This document shows, piece after piece, positions 27,997 to 41,246 of a stretch of 64,000 nucleotides of DNA. How positions within the stretch are numbered: position 1 is the first letter of the stretch; each line of letters opens with the position of its first letter. The translations under genes and the position numbers were made by a program. The notes under the pieces are model-generated. The model did not search any database and was not told the DNA's origin. It worked only from the letters and a program-made list of their open reading frames with translations. Source of the stretch: Obrimoposthia wandeli. Its lineage: Eukaryota. The stretch spans positions 62,001 to 126,000 of the forward strand of contig CDROCS010003280.1 in assembly GCA_977020255.1 (NCBI GenBank), read 5' to 3'.

Positions 27997-28348
27997 CAGC
28001 TAATTCACTTTTTATACGGTGGATACGTTCCTCAGAAAACCACGTAAAAAGACTCCATAATAAAATAGGGGATACGTTCCATGACTTCCCAAAAACGTAC
28101 AAAACGAAAGAAATATCTATAAGCCGTGCAAAAAAAATTTAATTCTAAACGGAATATAAAATTATTATAAAATAAAAATTTATATTTAAAAAAAATTAAG
28201 TTAGTATCAAATTTACATTTCTAGGTGTAAAGTAGAAAAAACTGTGTAATAAAAACAGTGTAAAAGAGAAAAAGTCGTACTAAAAAAGAAAAAGTTACAC
28301 TTTAGTGGACCGTGTTATTTCAAAACCGTGTAAAGAGAGAATGGGGTG
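27997..28348. mobile_element. Tc1/mariner (pogo/Tigger-like) MITE, 352 bp
   Basis: TA on both sides. Imperfect terminal inverted repeats TACAGCTAATTCACTTTTTATACGGT versus TACACCCCATTCTCTCTTTACACGGT (about 20 of 26 match, counted by eye). Confidence 0.65.
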
Positions 28349-28394
28349 TATAGATAAAGTTTAAATTTATTATCTAAACAACGTTACTCTAAAT

Positions 28395-28734
28395 CAGGGG
28401 TGCGCAACAAGCGGCCCGCGGGCCACATGCGGCCCTCTATGCAAGTTAGTACGGCCCTCGCTAACAAAATTTATTTTTTACTTTCCGCAGGATTTGAATC
28501 TGTTTCGCCACAGTAAGGTAAATTTTACAGTTTTAAACTCTAAATTCCAAGTGTCTCATTAAAACGATTTGCCAAGATTTATTCCATAGGTTAAATAAAT
28601 GTTTTTCTGAATGCAAATATATTGTAAAATTTTTGAATTTATTATGCATATGAATTCTAGATTTTCAGTGTGGCCCACTTAATATCTGAAGTGATGTTAT
28701 ATGGCCCGCCGACTAAAAATGTTGCACGCCCCTG
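28395..28734. mobile_element. hAT (Charlie/SPIN-like) MITE, 340 bp
   Basis: Inverted ends CAGGGGTGCGCAAC / GTTGCACGCCCCTG, perfect 8-bp target duplication CTCTAAAT, and a subterminal GGCCCGCGGGCC motif. Confidence 0.93.
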
Positions 28735-29376
28735 CTCTAAATAATATGACAAAACGCATGGATTTGTGCTTATTCATATCTAACAAGATGATAGGGAATA
28801 TAAACAATAACACTTTTGAAAAAGGATTTTTACATCTACAAAGGTTAACAGTTATTTATAAGAGAAATCGATTTATAATGTACCATCTGGACATCTGAAT
28901 ATTTAGAAATCGAAATTTGGAATTGAACAGTGAATTTTAACTAATAAATTCTTCGCAATTAATTTCGGCAATTTTATACTTAACTGAGTTATATTTTTTA
29001 TTGTTTATTGTTTATATAAGATGGGGGAAGTAATCAAGATGTGGATTACAAAGGGAAATCTAATGAACGTTTCATCAAAATTATGGTTTAAATAGACGCG
29101 GTTATTTAGCAACCGGACACTGATAAACATGTGCTGAGTAATCAAATTCGGGAGAGGGTAATTGGGTGGTGGTGGGAGCCCCCAATTAATGACCAGATAA
29201 AAGTCCCACGTCGTAGAGAAGAAGTTGCCTAATCTTATCGGAATTGGGGTCTGACCGCGAGGGGTGACCTTCTAGAGATGTGTATGTGTTTGTGTGCAAT
29301 GTGGTGCACGGTTACCCGATTTCAGCACGAGGAGGAATTCCTGGCGGACTCCAGTAAAAATGGGACAACAGGTCCC

Positions 29377-29616
29377 TGACTCAATTAGGGTTGCTGCTCA
29401 CCATTTGGTTACGGCGATATAATTTATGCCTCGATGTCGCAACATTTGCTGTTGGCTGTCGAGGTTGCTCTGTGTTGGCTTTAATTGCCATTTCAATTTT
29501 CCAATTTACTGACTGGCCGAGTTTCGATTTTATGATTTAATGAGCCAACTGTGGAGAAGAAAGGAGATGAGTCAGGGCTTGTAGCCGCGGGTGAGGAGGT
29601 GCGTTTCGGTGAGTCA
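29377..29616. promoter_or_regulatory. Cluster of three AP-1 (TGA[CG]TCA) sites in a GC-richer intronic island
   Basis: TGACTCA at 29377-29383, TGAGTCA at 29568-29574 and TGAGTCA at 29610-29616. Function is inferred only. Confidence 0.3.
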
Positions 29617-32600
29617 TCGGTTAGGAGCGAGTACATGCGAGCACATGCGCCCTGGTTGCTCCCATGGGTGACCTTGTCTTTGACCTTGCGCTGCTGCCAC
29701 CGAGTTTAGCGGTGCTTCTGTCAAGGCGGACTTTGCTTATCTGCATAATGCTTTCTTTTACATGTTACCATCATCATCTTCCCCTTCATTCTCTTCCTCT
29801 TATTCATCCATCAGCGTTTTCTCCTCCCAATTGCTTCATTATCCAATAATCATTACCATTATTGTGGTTATTTATTAATAATTGAAAGATATGCTCAGTA
29901 CTTCTCCAAAAAAGTGTTTTGAATAATTGATATTAAAAGGCTGATTTATTTATATGTCATACCCGGTTTCTTCCTCTCCCACACACACATACATATCACA
30001 TAACCTCAGTTATTGCACTCTAGACTCTTGTGCTTCTCCCTTTCTCCGTTTTTTCCATTCTTTGAGCTTCGAGCAACAATCAATGACAATCGGATTCTAG
30101 ATGATTTGTGCAATTGTGTCCTAACATTTACTCAAATGACATAAAATATGGCAAATGAATAGCTGAAAATAGCTGAAATAAAATATACATTTTAATCCAA
30201 AACGAAGAAATTCCCAATAATGCATATTGTTGAAAACATTATTAAAAAGTTTAATTGATACAATTTTAATCATTCATCACAAGAACAAACTTTAGCGGAA
30301 AATAGTCCCGTTTAGATGATCCACAACGACTTATTATACGGTTTGGAAATGGACAATTTGATATCCAGAAGAAAAAAATAATGTTTTTCATATACTTATA
30401 TGATACATGAATTATCACAGAAACAAGGTACAAAATGCATTAAATAGTTTTATGTTTAAAGTTAATGTTACAGTTAAATTTATTTACCGGTTATCTAAGG
30501 CTTACTGTAAAAACCTTTATATAAACCCTATAGGAATATAAGCCCCGTGTCCTAATTTCTTACGGTATTCTTTTATTGTTTTAGCTAAATATTGCAATGT
30601 TTCCTTTTCTACAAAATTATCACCAAATCTATATATGTTACTTCGGCAACCTTTTCTCAAACTTTGGAGGGACTTTTGCATTAAAGTCGCATGAGGTAAT
30701 ACGAATATCTAGCAGGCCATTTTTGGTAAGCAGAACTGGTAAAATTTGCATGTCAATAATAAATCATTATTTTTCTTTATATTGTGAAAATTTCGATTAT
30801 ATAATACTAAAATTTTATGCGCCATTAATGGTATCATAATCGCTTTCTTAATATTTTCGTTCCTTAACACTGATGCTCTGGTTATCACTGGTTATATTTC
30901 GTCGAAATTCATTTAGGTTTTTCTTGTTTAGAAAAACGTACAGCAGGTGAATTACACAGTTTTGTATGAGTTTAAACCAATCTATCCGATTACTTGTTAA
31001 TCGGTTTCTACCAGTAGCGGTTCCAGGACTTTTAATAGGACGGGTTTCAAAATTAAAAAAGGCACATGTCATGAAATTTTAAAAAAATCTAAAGATCAAA
31101 GTTGGTAATAAACATAAGACTGGTGATGAGCAGAGAATTATCAATAGATTCAACCCAACATAACACGAACTAGATACAAGTAAGATTAACTGTATACAGT
31201 AAAGAACCTAAGGATGATAATCCTCCAGGTGTGGCTCATGCAGAAAACACTACACACAGTAAAATCAGATTGTTAACCAAGAAGTCATAGAATCACATTA
31301 TTCCGTAAATAAATCATAAAATGTCATACGCAGTGTACCTTTTTCGGAAAATGTGTCATTACCTAAATTAACATTCATAGGAAAATCTTTGTGGATATAG
31401 AAAAGATTTAGTCTATATAACCTTGTATTGGCCATTGAGGATCTGTGAGCTATTTTCATCCCTTCCAAGTCACTTAAATACATGTAAACACACAGACAAG
31501 TTGCGGAAAATTTTGAAAATTGAAGACTTTCCTTACCTAATAATAAATCTGCAAGTTAAATTTCAAAAATACACACAAACACGCAGAATTGTAATATTTG
31601 TTAGCGTTTAACAAGGAATTATTGCCATTTAAATTTTATTTGGTCAATCAATGAATTTATATAGAGAATTAACTGGAAAGTGAAAGTAAAAAATCTATAA
31701 GTTCGCCTGCCTATATCATATTGTTTAAAATACAGTTAACTAATAGGTGAATCAATTATGTACTTTTTTATCCATTGTAATGTAAATAAAGTTTACATTT
31801 TGTCTCAAAAGATATTTTGTGTATAAATTTTTTTTGTTGGAAGAAGCTATGTTTATCATAAAATTTTCAGTGTGGTGATTAAAGTAGTATAAATTAATTT
31901 TAACTGACATTGTCAAATATGGATTAAAATATTTTTTGTAATGATCCAAAGGTGTGCATGGATTTTATTTCCTGTCTCAAAAGAATGTCAATTTGCTAAT
32001 TTCCTGAACCATGGGGTTTTGCAACAGCGTTTTTGAGAAAGGAATCTTCTCCATTTTCTACTATTGAATAGCTAAACAGTTCATTGCGATAATTATTAGA
32101 GAAGTTCTCGAGCTTCCAGCTTGGGTAGCTCATTAATCATATGGGAAATGAAAGAGCGAATAGCAGTAGTAATACTCCATCTTCCGGTGTAACTAATTAT
32201 CCTCCATTCATCATTCCTTGGACGCTAATTTCCTTCCCTTCGTCTACAATACGTAGACGCTTCTCTGACTTCATCTGTCATGTCCGGTCCTCTGATTTTT
32301 GTTTACCAGATGATACTGTTCACTGCTATCGATACACAATTTGACGCGATGTCGACTGGGTCACATACATTGGTAATTAGTACAACTGTATCGATGATGG
32401 TTTCTACAACATTTGGAAATAAACACTTCAGACGATTTTATAACTGAAAAAACATTATTATCATCAATAATAATTTTGTAATATATCTCACATAGTAATT
32501 TTTCCGTTTAAATAGTGTCATGGACGCATGGCACTCTTTCTTTGATTTTTTGTTAACCTAACAATCGAAAAATTAAGTGAATACATCACAGTTTTTCGTT

Positions 32601-33359
32601 TCATTCTTTTTTGTCTACCAAACAAGATTCAGGTTCATTTCACATCTGATTTCAGCTGGATAATAATGCCAGTATCCATCACGGTCCCAAGGAGTGGGTT
32701 CTGGTGGTTCTGGAACCCATCCATTGGAGACAAAGGGTTATTTTCATTATTATAGATATTTAGTCACATTTCGCGTCAATTCTAATTCTAATTTGACAGA
32801 ATAGAATACTAATGGTATCGCCACATTTAAAACAAATTCCTTGTTTAAAACGCTAATAAATATGACACTTACACTTGTTAGCGTGCATTTCTGAAATTCA
32901 ACTCTTGGATTTATTATCAGGTAAGGAGAGTCAAGTAGGCAGTTCTAACTATCTTTATTTTCATGAATTGAATGGCTTGTCAACGTTGATCTTATATAGT
33001 GACAATTTGTTTTCTTTGCAGAGTATACCTAGCGCTGACAAATCTTAGCTTCGTCTGTTGTGTCTATTTCAGATGTTATGCTGGGTTAATTCAACTGATA
33101 CTATACGTACAGTCTTGAATTTGCTATGAACTGGTTTTTAAAATAGAAAAATGTTGAAATTTTGTAACTCATAAAATAGACTGGAGCCTCGATTGGGTAT
33201 GACATAAATTTCGATTTATTCTGGCGCTTCCAGTTAAAAATATGTTCCCATGTTTTAGACAGGACTAGGAATGTTTTAAAAAACTTTCAGAATTCATGAA
33301 ACGATATTTCTCTGTTTACAAATCTCAGATTTTGTAACCATCAGCTTGAGCGATAGTTT

Positions 33360-33381
33360 ACACACACACACACACACACAT
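33360..33381. repeat. (AC)n microsatellite
   Basis: About 11 AC units. Confidence 0.95.
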
Positions 33382-33869
33382 ACCTGTGTTTCTGGGAGAC
33401 CCCATCAAACCAAGTGTAGTGACATGTATTGTGATTGTTGGCGCCACTGTTCACAGCAGGTGTGTGTGGAACGTGCCTAGTCGCGACTTGCGCCACTTCT
33501 TTGTCAACCACCATTCTTTCTCTCTGGGTTATCTGATTATTCGTTCTGAATTAATCAATCACGGTTCATCTTTATTTATCGTAGAGATAAAATCAATAAA
33601 CAATGTATCGAAATGAAATTTTGCTATTGTAACAAAATTGCGGTGAATGCGATCTTCTGTATTCATTTTGTGAAACACACTGACAAATCTGCCCCAAAAT
33701 CCTTATCCGATATATAAATAAATCAAAAATTCAAATAATTATAATTGTTAAATGCTACGTTAAGGTTTTAATTTTCTTGAAAGATGAATTTATTAAGAAA
33801 TTTACAGTTTACAATTTTAGCTAAATCAAAAATAATATTTATAAATGTATTTTAAATTTATTCAATTAC

Positions 33870-34250
33870 ACAATGAAGACGACCGTGATAATTCTCAAAA
33901 AATCAGAACGTTTATTTTGGTTTACTAACTGAGATGCCTCTTTGATATTTTCCTTGAGTTCCAGCCCACTTTTTAACTTAACATCATACTTTAGATTTTA
34001 CGAAACCCCACAGAAAATAATCACAAGGAGTTAGGTCAGGTGATCGAGGATGCTGGGGACACACGACCCATCCACCCGTTGTAGAACATTTCATCCAACA
34101 ACATTCTTTCAATTAATCCCCAGCGAGGAGGTGCACCGCCATGCATGAGCTTCATCGTTCGTCTTTCTGAACGATTAAGTATCGGATAAAACTGTTCACG
34201 AAGCATTTCTAAATATCTTTCACGTAGAATAAATCTCCACCTTTAAAATT
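33870..34250 (-). pseudogene. Tc1/mariner-superfamily transposase C-terminal relic
   Basis: Minus strand reads RYLEMLREQFYP...MHGGAPPRW...GWMGR, then PRSPDLTPCDYFLWGFVK (~33997-34050). Confidence 0.88.
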
Positions 34251-37200
34251 GTCACCCTATATTATGAAATTCTGTGATTTCTACTTTCAACAACTTCTTT
34301 TGTTAGTGAAGTTGCGGGTTTGAGAGTGGATTTCAGTGTTTTTACTTACATTCTACATCAGTTGTTAAAGCCTTTTCATTACATATACAAGACAACAGAC
34401 ATTTATATAGCGTCAGAATCTAACAATCACGCCAGTGATGTGTAAAACTGCAATTTGATCCATTCAATTATTCCCAGCTTGAAATATCTGTCACAGAATT
34501 AAGAAAATATTAAAAATTATTTTAAAAGTATTTAAATTCTTGCAATTTCTTATGCATAAGGACAATTTGTCAGATTGTAAAGCACTGTAAACTTCAAAAA
34601 TTCTGTCTTGTGTTTAGTCAAAGCTTTCATTAATAGTGGTTGTGAGTTCTCATTTCTCAGAGTCATAATTAGAATCTTCCTTCAATATTAATATATCCTT
34701 TAAATAACTTGCTTTTGTGACAAACAATTTTGCCCATAATAATTCTAATATTTTAGTAATTTAATCTACCATTCATCGTCGCGCTTAGGAGTTAAACAAC
34801 ATTTTAAAGCAAAGTGTACCTAGTTTGAAAGAAGAAAAATAATTTAGTCATAGTTAGTAGTTTATAGGTTCAAATTTAAATTACATTAATTCAAAATTGC
34901 ACAAAACTATTATTTTTAATATATATTTTATATCTAAACAGCTATAAAAATATTACTTCCTGTTTATCATTATTTTTCGGTAAATTACTGTAGAAATTTG
35001 AAGCATAAATTTCAAATTTTTCATCACTATGTTTGTTGTTTGATAATTTCTTAAATGATATGCAGTCATAATCGTTACTCCTAAGATACATACATGCTCA
35101 TTGCGCCAGGCTTGAGAATATCATTTAAAAATTTGGACTTTTGTGAAAGAATACATTATTGGAGCTAAATTATATCTTCATATATCATAACTTTATTTAA
35201 TCTGCAAATAATAATTCGTTTCAAAATTTTTAAAACGTTGTGGAAATGTTATTGTTTGAACATTCAAATAACTGAGAAATGAAGCTAAGCTTATTGATGT
35301 CTTCAAAAAGAAATTGAATTCTTCTCAAGAAATTGCAACATGAAATTATATAGAATATTTCCAGTATTTTCTTTAGTTTCTGAGTATTTTATTTCAATTT
35401 TTAAAACTTCTAAGTCGGTATTCACAAGCTTACAGTATCTTATTAATGAAACGAAATGTTGACTCGATATCGATATTCGTATTACGACAAATTCGATTTC
35501 CACCTTGCTTCATTGATTACACTCCGCTCGCTAATGAGACAGACTAACATTCAATCTATATGTTTATTCATTGTCGCCGTAACTGCAATTTACGTCAACC
35601 GAATTCTCTGTTGACGACTCATTAGCTCATTAGCGCTATAATGCTGTACCTGGAAAACACAAAAAGGTGTCAATACACAATAAAATTGATTGTCACACTA
35701 TTTATTATTTCTCTTATTGGCAAATCTTTCTTAACATGTTAACTGGACTGTGACAAATACACACATACAGTACAGTCACATTCAGACATGTTGATGTCAA
35801 GGTCGGTATGCCGGGGGTCATCTTGTGTGACGATCGATTAATTGATTGATAACCGTTCTGTCCACCCCCATTTGGTGAGTCATCCCACCAGTGCCATCAC
35901 AGTTTGGCTAGTGCAGCTTCGCTCAATAGCAAATCTTTACCTCACGCTGTGAACTGATGCGGTGCTCCAGGTCCAGTTCGATGGATTGACGTGTCGATGA
36001 CCTTTTTGTCGATAAGACGATGAATGGTGACAAAATGTAGACAATTTTGTCATCTTGGTAAATTTTGGCGAATACTGTAGTTTATGACAACGTAATTAAG
36101 AATTGATTGTAATACAAATTGCATTTCGAATTAATGTACTTTTCGCTTATGGTAATAGAAACTGCTCCCTCTTGTATTTGTCCATTTTCGAGATTGAATT
36201 TACAAACAATCATGTTTTGTTGTCTTATTTTACTAGTTTGTGAAACGATGAAATATTCAACAGAATAGTCATTTCGATCTTAACTTTTTTTAACCCAAAA
36301 TTTAAATGCCCCTTTAACTAGTTTTATCAATAATAGAACATAAATTACGGTTATGAATACAATTAATTTGGCCATTAAGCCAGAAATTCATTCTAATGGA
36401 TTTTTCGATGTTTCACTAACAATGGCTGATGATGACTAAGGCAATATTAAGAGCATTTGTTGCTACCTTTTCAAAGAGATTGAGAGTTTAAAATCGCTTT
36501 TACTGTCGACAACAAAAACACTTAAGTAAAGAAAATTAAATTACAAAAAATTGACATTGAGAAATTTCTGGCCTTTAATTATTGCTATATTGAGTAATTT
36601 CATGCATTGTAAATGAGTTACGAAATTAAATGTCAAGTTCCTTAATAAAAAATTCCCTCATTTCTTCATTAAAAATGTAGAATTTTAAATTGAATGCTTA
36701 AATAACAATATAAACATAACATTCTCTAACCCCAGTATCTAGCCATAGTGGTTACTATGATTTTTCAATTCAACTAAACAAAACACCTCAAGCCCGTCAT
36801 TCGTTATGGTAATTTAAATTGAGTAGGTATATTGTATCTCAAATTCGGTCAATTTACGCAAGTATTCAAACGTAATTTATTTTGTTTCCTGTTAGATTAT
36901 GTGAGAATTTGCAGAACATAAACTGGACAATAACACTTCACATATTTAGAAAGCACCCCAAGCAACAAGTAGAGAGTAACTAATGATTATTTTTTCAATA
37001 AATACATACTTCCAGTTCTGAATGACAAATTCGTTAATTGCAGTTTCAATGTTTATCACATATTCTCTCATTCTCGACTGCGATTGCTCTCTACAAACCC
37101 AATGAAAGGTTGCACCGTCGCCTGTAGTCGACATCAGTTAGTAGTTCTTGGTCGCTGTCTTGAGGTGATGGTGAACGGTGGTGAGTTCCCCGCTTCCTCA

Positions 37201-38183
37201 ATCCCAATATTGATGGCCAAATCTACTACACCTATGGAGGCTACTCGAAGGAACTGATTGAATTCTCTAAATCGTATTTAGCTATTTGAATATGTTAATT
37301 ATGTTTGAATGTGTCGATATTTTTGAAATCCATCGTACAATTTTGCAGTGCATATATTGAAAAATCGATGTTCTTGAACTTGATCAAGTGATTAATTTAT
37401 ATATTTTTCTCTTATTCAGAATTAAGGTTTAACCTACTTATTTTAATGTGAAAAATGTATTGGCTGATAAGGTTGATAAGTGAGACAATACAGAATAACA
37501 AGAACGACTGCGAGGAGAGAATTTATAGCGGCAAATCAACTGGGAGAAGAGTGCAAGATATGGAGGAGATTGTCTGGGGTTTTGTTATAATACAATTACC
37601 CAGCAACCAGCCTGGTATTTGGCTGCTAGGCAACCTGATAAAATATACCGGTATGGATCTCATCAGAGTCTATGTCCGTAGTTGCGGAGGTGACGGGGAG
37701 GATGAAAGCGGTTCGTGACAAAATCAAATATGTTTCCATTGACAAGCCTGAGTGGAGTTAATTTGATTAGAACTCTAGGATGCGGTGCTGATAACAGTCG
37801 GTATAATGTGTGTGCGCGCGTGTGTGTCTGCCTGCCCGTGTAGTTTTGTTCTTATGTATATGTACAGGTACTGGTACTGCGCACTTTCGGTTTCGGGACA
37901 ATATGGATTTTTCCAGTTAAATGTAGAAATCAGAAGATGGCAATTGTTGTAACTCGGGCCAAAATAAACGAGAAAAGAACTTGTGGACCCCCTTTAGATT
38001 TCATTTCTGAGGTACCCCATTGCCAATCGATGTCAACAATTCTAGTGAAATCTTATATTGCAATTTTATTGCCAAAATATTATGAAAATTTTAAACAAAT
38101 CTTATATACACCAATTTAGAAAGAAAATAAGTCTTAAATATACTCAATTATTCAATGTGAGCTCTATAATTGATGCTCTAGAA

Positions 38184-38461
38184 CAGGGGTTCTTAACCTT
38201 TTTGGGATCCCACCTCCTTTGAGGCCGACATTAATAGTCATACCTCCCAACCATATCGATATAAAAAATTGTATAAGCTCAGTACATCTAAAACATAACA
38301 AAATAAAAAATTTATTCAAGAAAAATACAAATTAAGCAAATAAAATCTTTTAAAATTAATTCTAATGTGATTTTTAGAAATTTCAGCTGCATCTCCCACC
38401 TCCACTGGACTCGTTCCAGACCACCCTTGGGGAGGTGTGCCTCGCAGGTTAAGAAACCCTG
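38184..38461. mobile_element. hAT (Charlie-like) MITE, 278 bp
   Basis: Inverted ends CAGGGGTTCTTAACCT / AGGTTAAGAAACCCTG. Degenerate 8-bp duplication CTCTAGAA / GTTTAGAA fits the NTCTAGAN preference. Confidence 0.85.
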
Positions 38462-39639
38462 GTTTAGAATGTAATCAAATAACATTGCGTTAAATAAAAT
38501 TGATGGAAAATCTGCAACCCTTGTAAATAAATGCGAGATTGTAAATATTGTAATATACTTTCCCATATAACTGATGGCTTTGAACTGTTTTACATAAAAT
38601 TCAACTCGACTTCAGTTAACGATACAAGTATAAAGTAGAAGAATCAAGTAAATAAGTACGACTTAAACAACATATTTCCATGAACTTCTAAATTTTTGTT
38701 GTAAACTCTCAATCTCCTATTTTCTTGTGTGAACCCCCACGGGCCCCATGGGCACTAACTGATAACCCCTGGCCTATAGGTTAGAGAGGCCTCTCAAATG
38801 CAAGCTCACTAAATGAGCTCACTACAGCATTAACATTTTGATATTGTAATTTATTATGTTAAATAATAGGAGAACGTCTTCGAATAAATCAATTTCCCTG
38901 AGTTCTAATGTGAAAAGTGTGCATCTTGGTCTGATATATCTTGTATACAAATTCTCTGATCGATGCTTGTCGAGTGGATCATCGATCATTTTGGAATCTG
39001 TCGTTAGTTTGTACGTTTCTTGTTTCATTTTCTTCTGTAAAAAGTCAATTTAAGTCAAATTTGCTGACAGAAAAACCTAATTTTTCATATACTGTTATTT
39101 TTTTAGGCCTCAATTTAATTTCAATGCATTGAATTTAACTTGTTTACAATAAGTGCGCTACTGTTAATGGTAGAATTAATGGAATCCGTTAATATTAATG
39201 CGTGTGTTTTGTGTAAAAGTGATGCAATATTTAAGAAATTAATCCTTTAAATTTAATTTATAGTTTAACTTTTCTGACATTATTTATAGAAAGGAGATTT
39301 TTGACTGAAATTTTGCCAGTAATTGTAATTTATTTATGTCATCTGCGAAACGTTTAACGAGCATTTGTTATGCCTGTCTGCCTTTCGTTGTTTATTTGCT
39401 CTCAAAATACTTGAGAAAACATTTTTTTAAATATTTTATTCAAGTGTTTTTTCTATTGATTTCTGCTTCAGTGGTAAAGCTATTTTCAGCTTAGGATATT
39501 AACTGTTTTTCTCTAACAGTAATTATAAGTGGACTACAGAAACCCGTGAATTATGTAATTTACGCTCACAATTTTGCCTCATTCTGCGATTTTTTCATGA
39601 AGATTTGTTGTTAAAAGTTTGTATCTCATCGGTCTCGAA

Positions 39640-39860
39640 TTTGAGATAAATAGTGGATTTTTTTTTTTCGAGAATCTATTGTTTATTTTTTCGAATATCA
39701 ACAATTATCAGCTCATCCAAGGGCTTCCGTCGCACCGGAGGCCACAACATAAATAAATTCTGCTGACCTTCTGTAAACATGGTTTGATACGACCTAATTG
39801 CTTTCCAATTATTGTCATTCTGCTAAAACAATAGAATATAATTCATTCAGAAATCCAAGG
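39640..39860 (-). pseudogene. Possible highly decayed Tc1-like transposase fragment
   Basis: Minus strand F*QNDNNWKA...MLWPP has the spacing of FQQDNxxKH...WPxxSPD. Weak similarity. Confidence 0.35.
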
Positions 39861-40216
39861 TTTTGGATGCATTTTAACAATGAAAGAATGATGAAATAAA
39901 TTCGATTTGTTCAATTGTTTCCAAAGAATTATTTGCTGGTACATTTGAATTATTCAACTATGTACTATTCAAGTTTTTCCCAATCCTAACTATTCATGTT
40001 TCTAATTAAAATTATGCTACTAAACTACTTAAATAAATTGACTATTATCAAAAGATGTTTTTTCGAATTTTGGTTATTTAATATTGTGTATTCAATTAAA
40101 TCTTTATTTATTTATTTAAAATCCAGTTGTTTACTTTTTTAAATCAATAGTTGGTATCAAAGGTTAAACAATCTGAGGTTTAAATTTTAACGATTTGACC
40201 ATGTTCTTTCTCGTAG

Positions 40217-40346
40217 CCACAGGAATCGTGAAGCATGGTGTCCTAAAAGTTTGGTTGGCATGGACTCCAGGGAGTGGATCCAAGTGGAATTCGAGGAGCT
40301 GAAGATTGTCAAGCATCTAAACATGGCTGGTTTGAACAACGGCAAT
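40217..40346 (+). CDS. Ddr: DDR-like exon: discoidin domain AWCP/EWIQV segment
   Basis: Acceptor TTCTTTCTCGTAG (alternative CAG gives a start at 40223) and donor GTAAGT. Encodes (P)HRNREAWCPKSLVGMDSREWIQVEFEELKIVKHLNMAGLNNGN, resembling DDR GAWCP...EFLQIDL...TQGR. Phase 2 to phase 0. Confidence 0.85.
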
Positions 40347-40509
40347 GTAAGTAGACGTATACTATTGACCTTGAGAATGCACTTTGGTTTGGAGAAGTAA
40401 AGATACAGCTCTTTGAATTGCGCTTTGTAGCAAATCAACCCACATCAATGGTTTGTCGAGTTGATTAAGGTCTACCAAAAGATCTGAGAGCTAACTGAGA
40501 AAAAATCCG

Positions 40510-40620
40510 ATGCTGTTGGCGATAAGATAATACGGCTCATATTGTTTTTTGACTCAAAACTATGCGTTTTTAGAAGTTACTATGCTGCCCATCTGATCGG
40601 TTGTTGTATTTTAGGAAGGA
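40510..40620 (+). pseudogene. Possible mariner transposase scrap
   Basis: DNTAH and CPSDRLLYF resemble mariner HDNARPH and APSDYHLF. Short and degraded. Confidence 0.3.
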
Positions 40621-41246
40621 CCTTTTGTAAAAAAGTTCTATCTGGATTATCAACGAGAAAATGTTACCGAGTGGCGCCGTTATCACGATAACAATGGAGA
40701 AACGGTGAGACATTTGACAATTTGGGGATGAACCTAAACAAGACGGTATGGTGCCCCTCTAGACTAAGAATTACTGAAAGATTTCCATATATAATATTAT
40801 TTTAACAATAGTACGGATTTATGAAATTAGACTATTATCTTTTTTATTTTCTCTAAACTCTTATGATAATCCTCTAGAAACTGTAATACATATTTAGGTT
40901 CTTCATAATATAAATGTCATGCTCCACTCATACACTGCAAATAAATAATTGCTAAAATTGCTGAAATATTATAAAATCAAATACTTTTTAAAATTATAAC
41001 AGTAACATTTTATAATTTTACTTAGAAACTTAAAAACTTATGAAATTACACTTAAACTTCTAAATTTAATACATTATTACTTATAATAAATTATAAATTA
41101 CTTTGAATCTATATATCGAGTAAAATATATTACATATAAAGTAGCCAAATAAAAATTGAAAAATCTTGTAAAATAAACTTTTAAGGCTAATAAACGTCAG
41201 TTTTTATACATTTTACCTAAACTATATATTTAGCAAACATATTAAG

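Noticed and set aside
40376-40470. GEVKIQLFELRF as the missing discoidin exon (spacing fits GxExxxxYxLxY)
   Set aside because: It needs a 29-nt intron and a weak donor or a frameshift, and ends in a stop.
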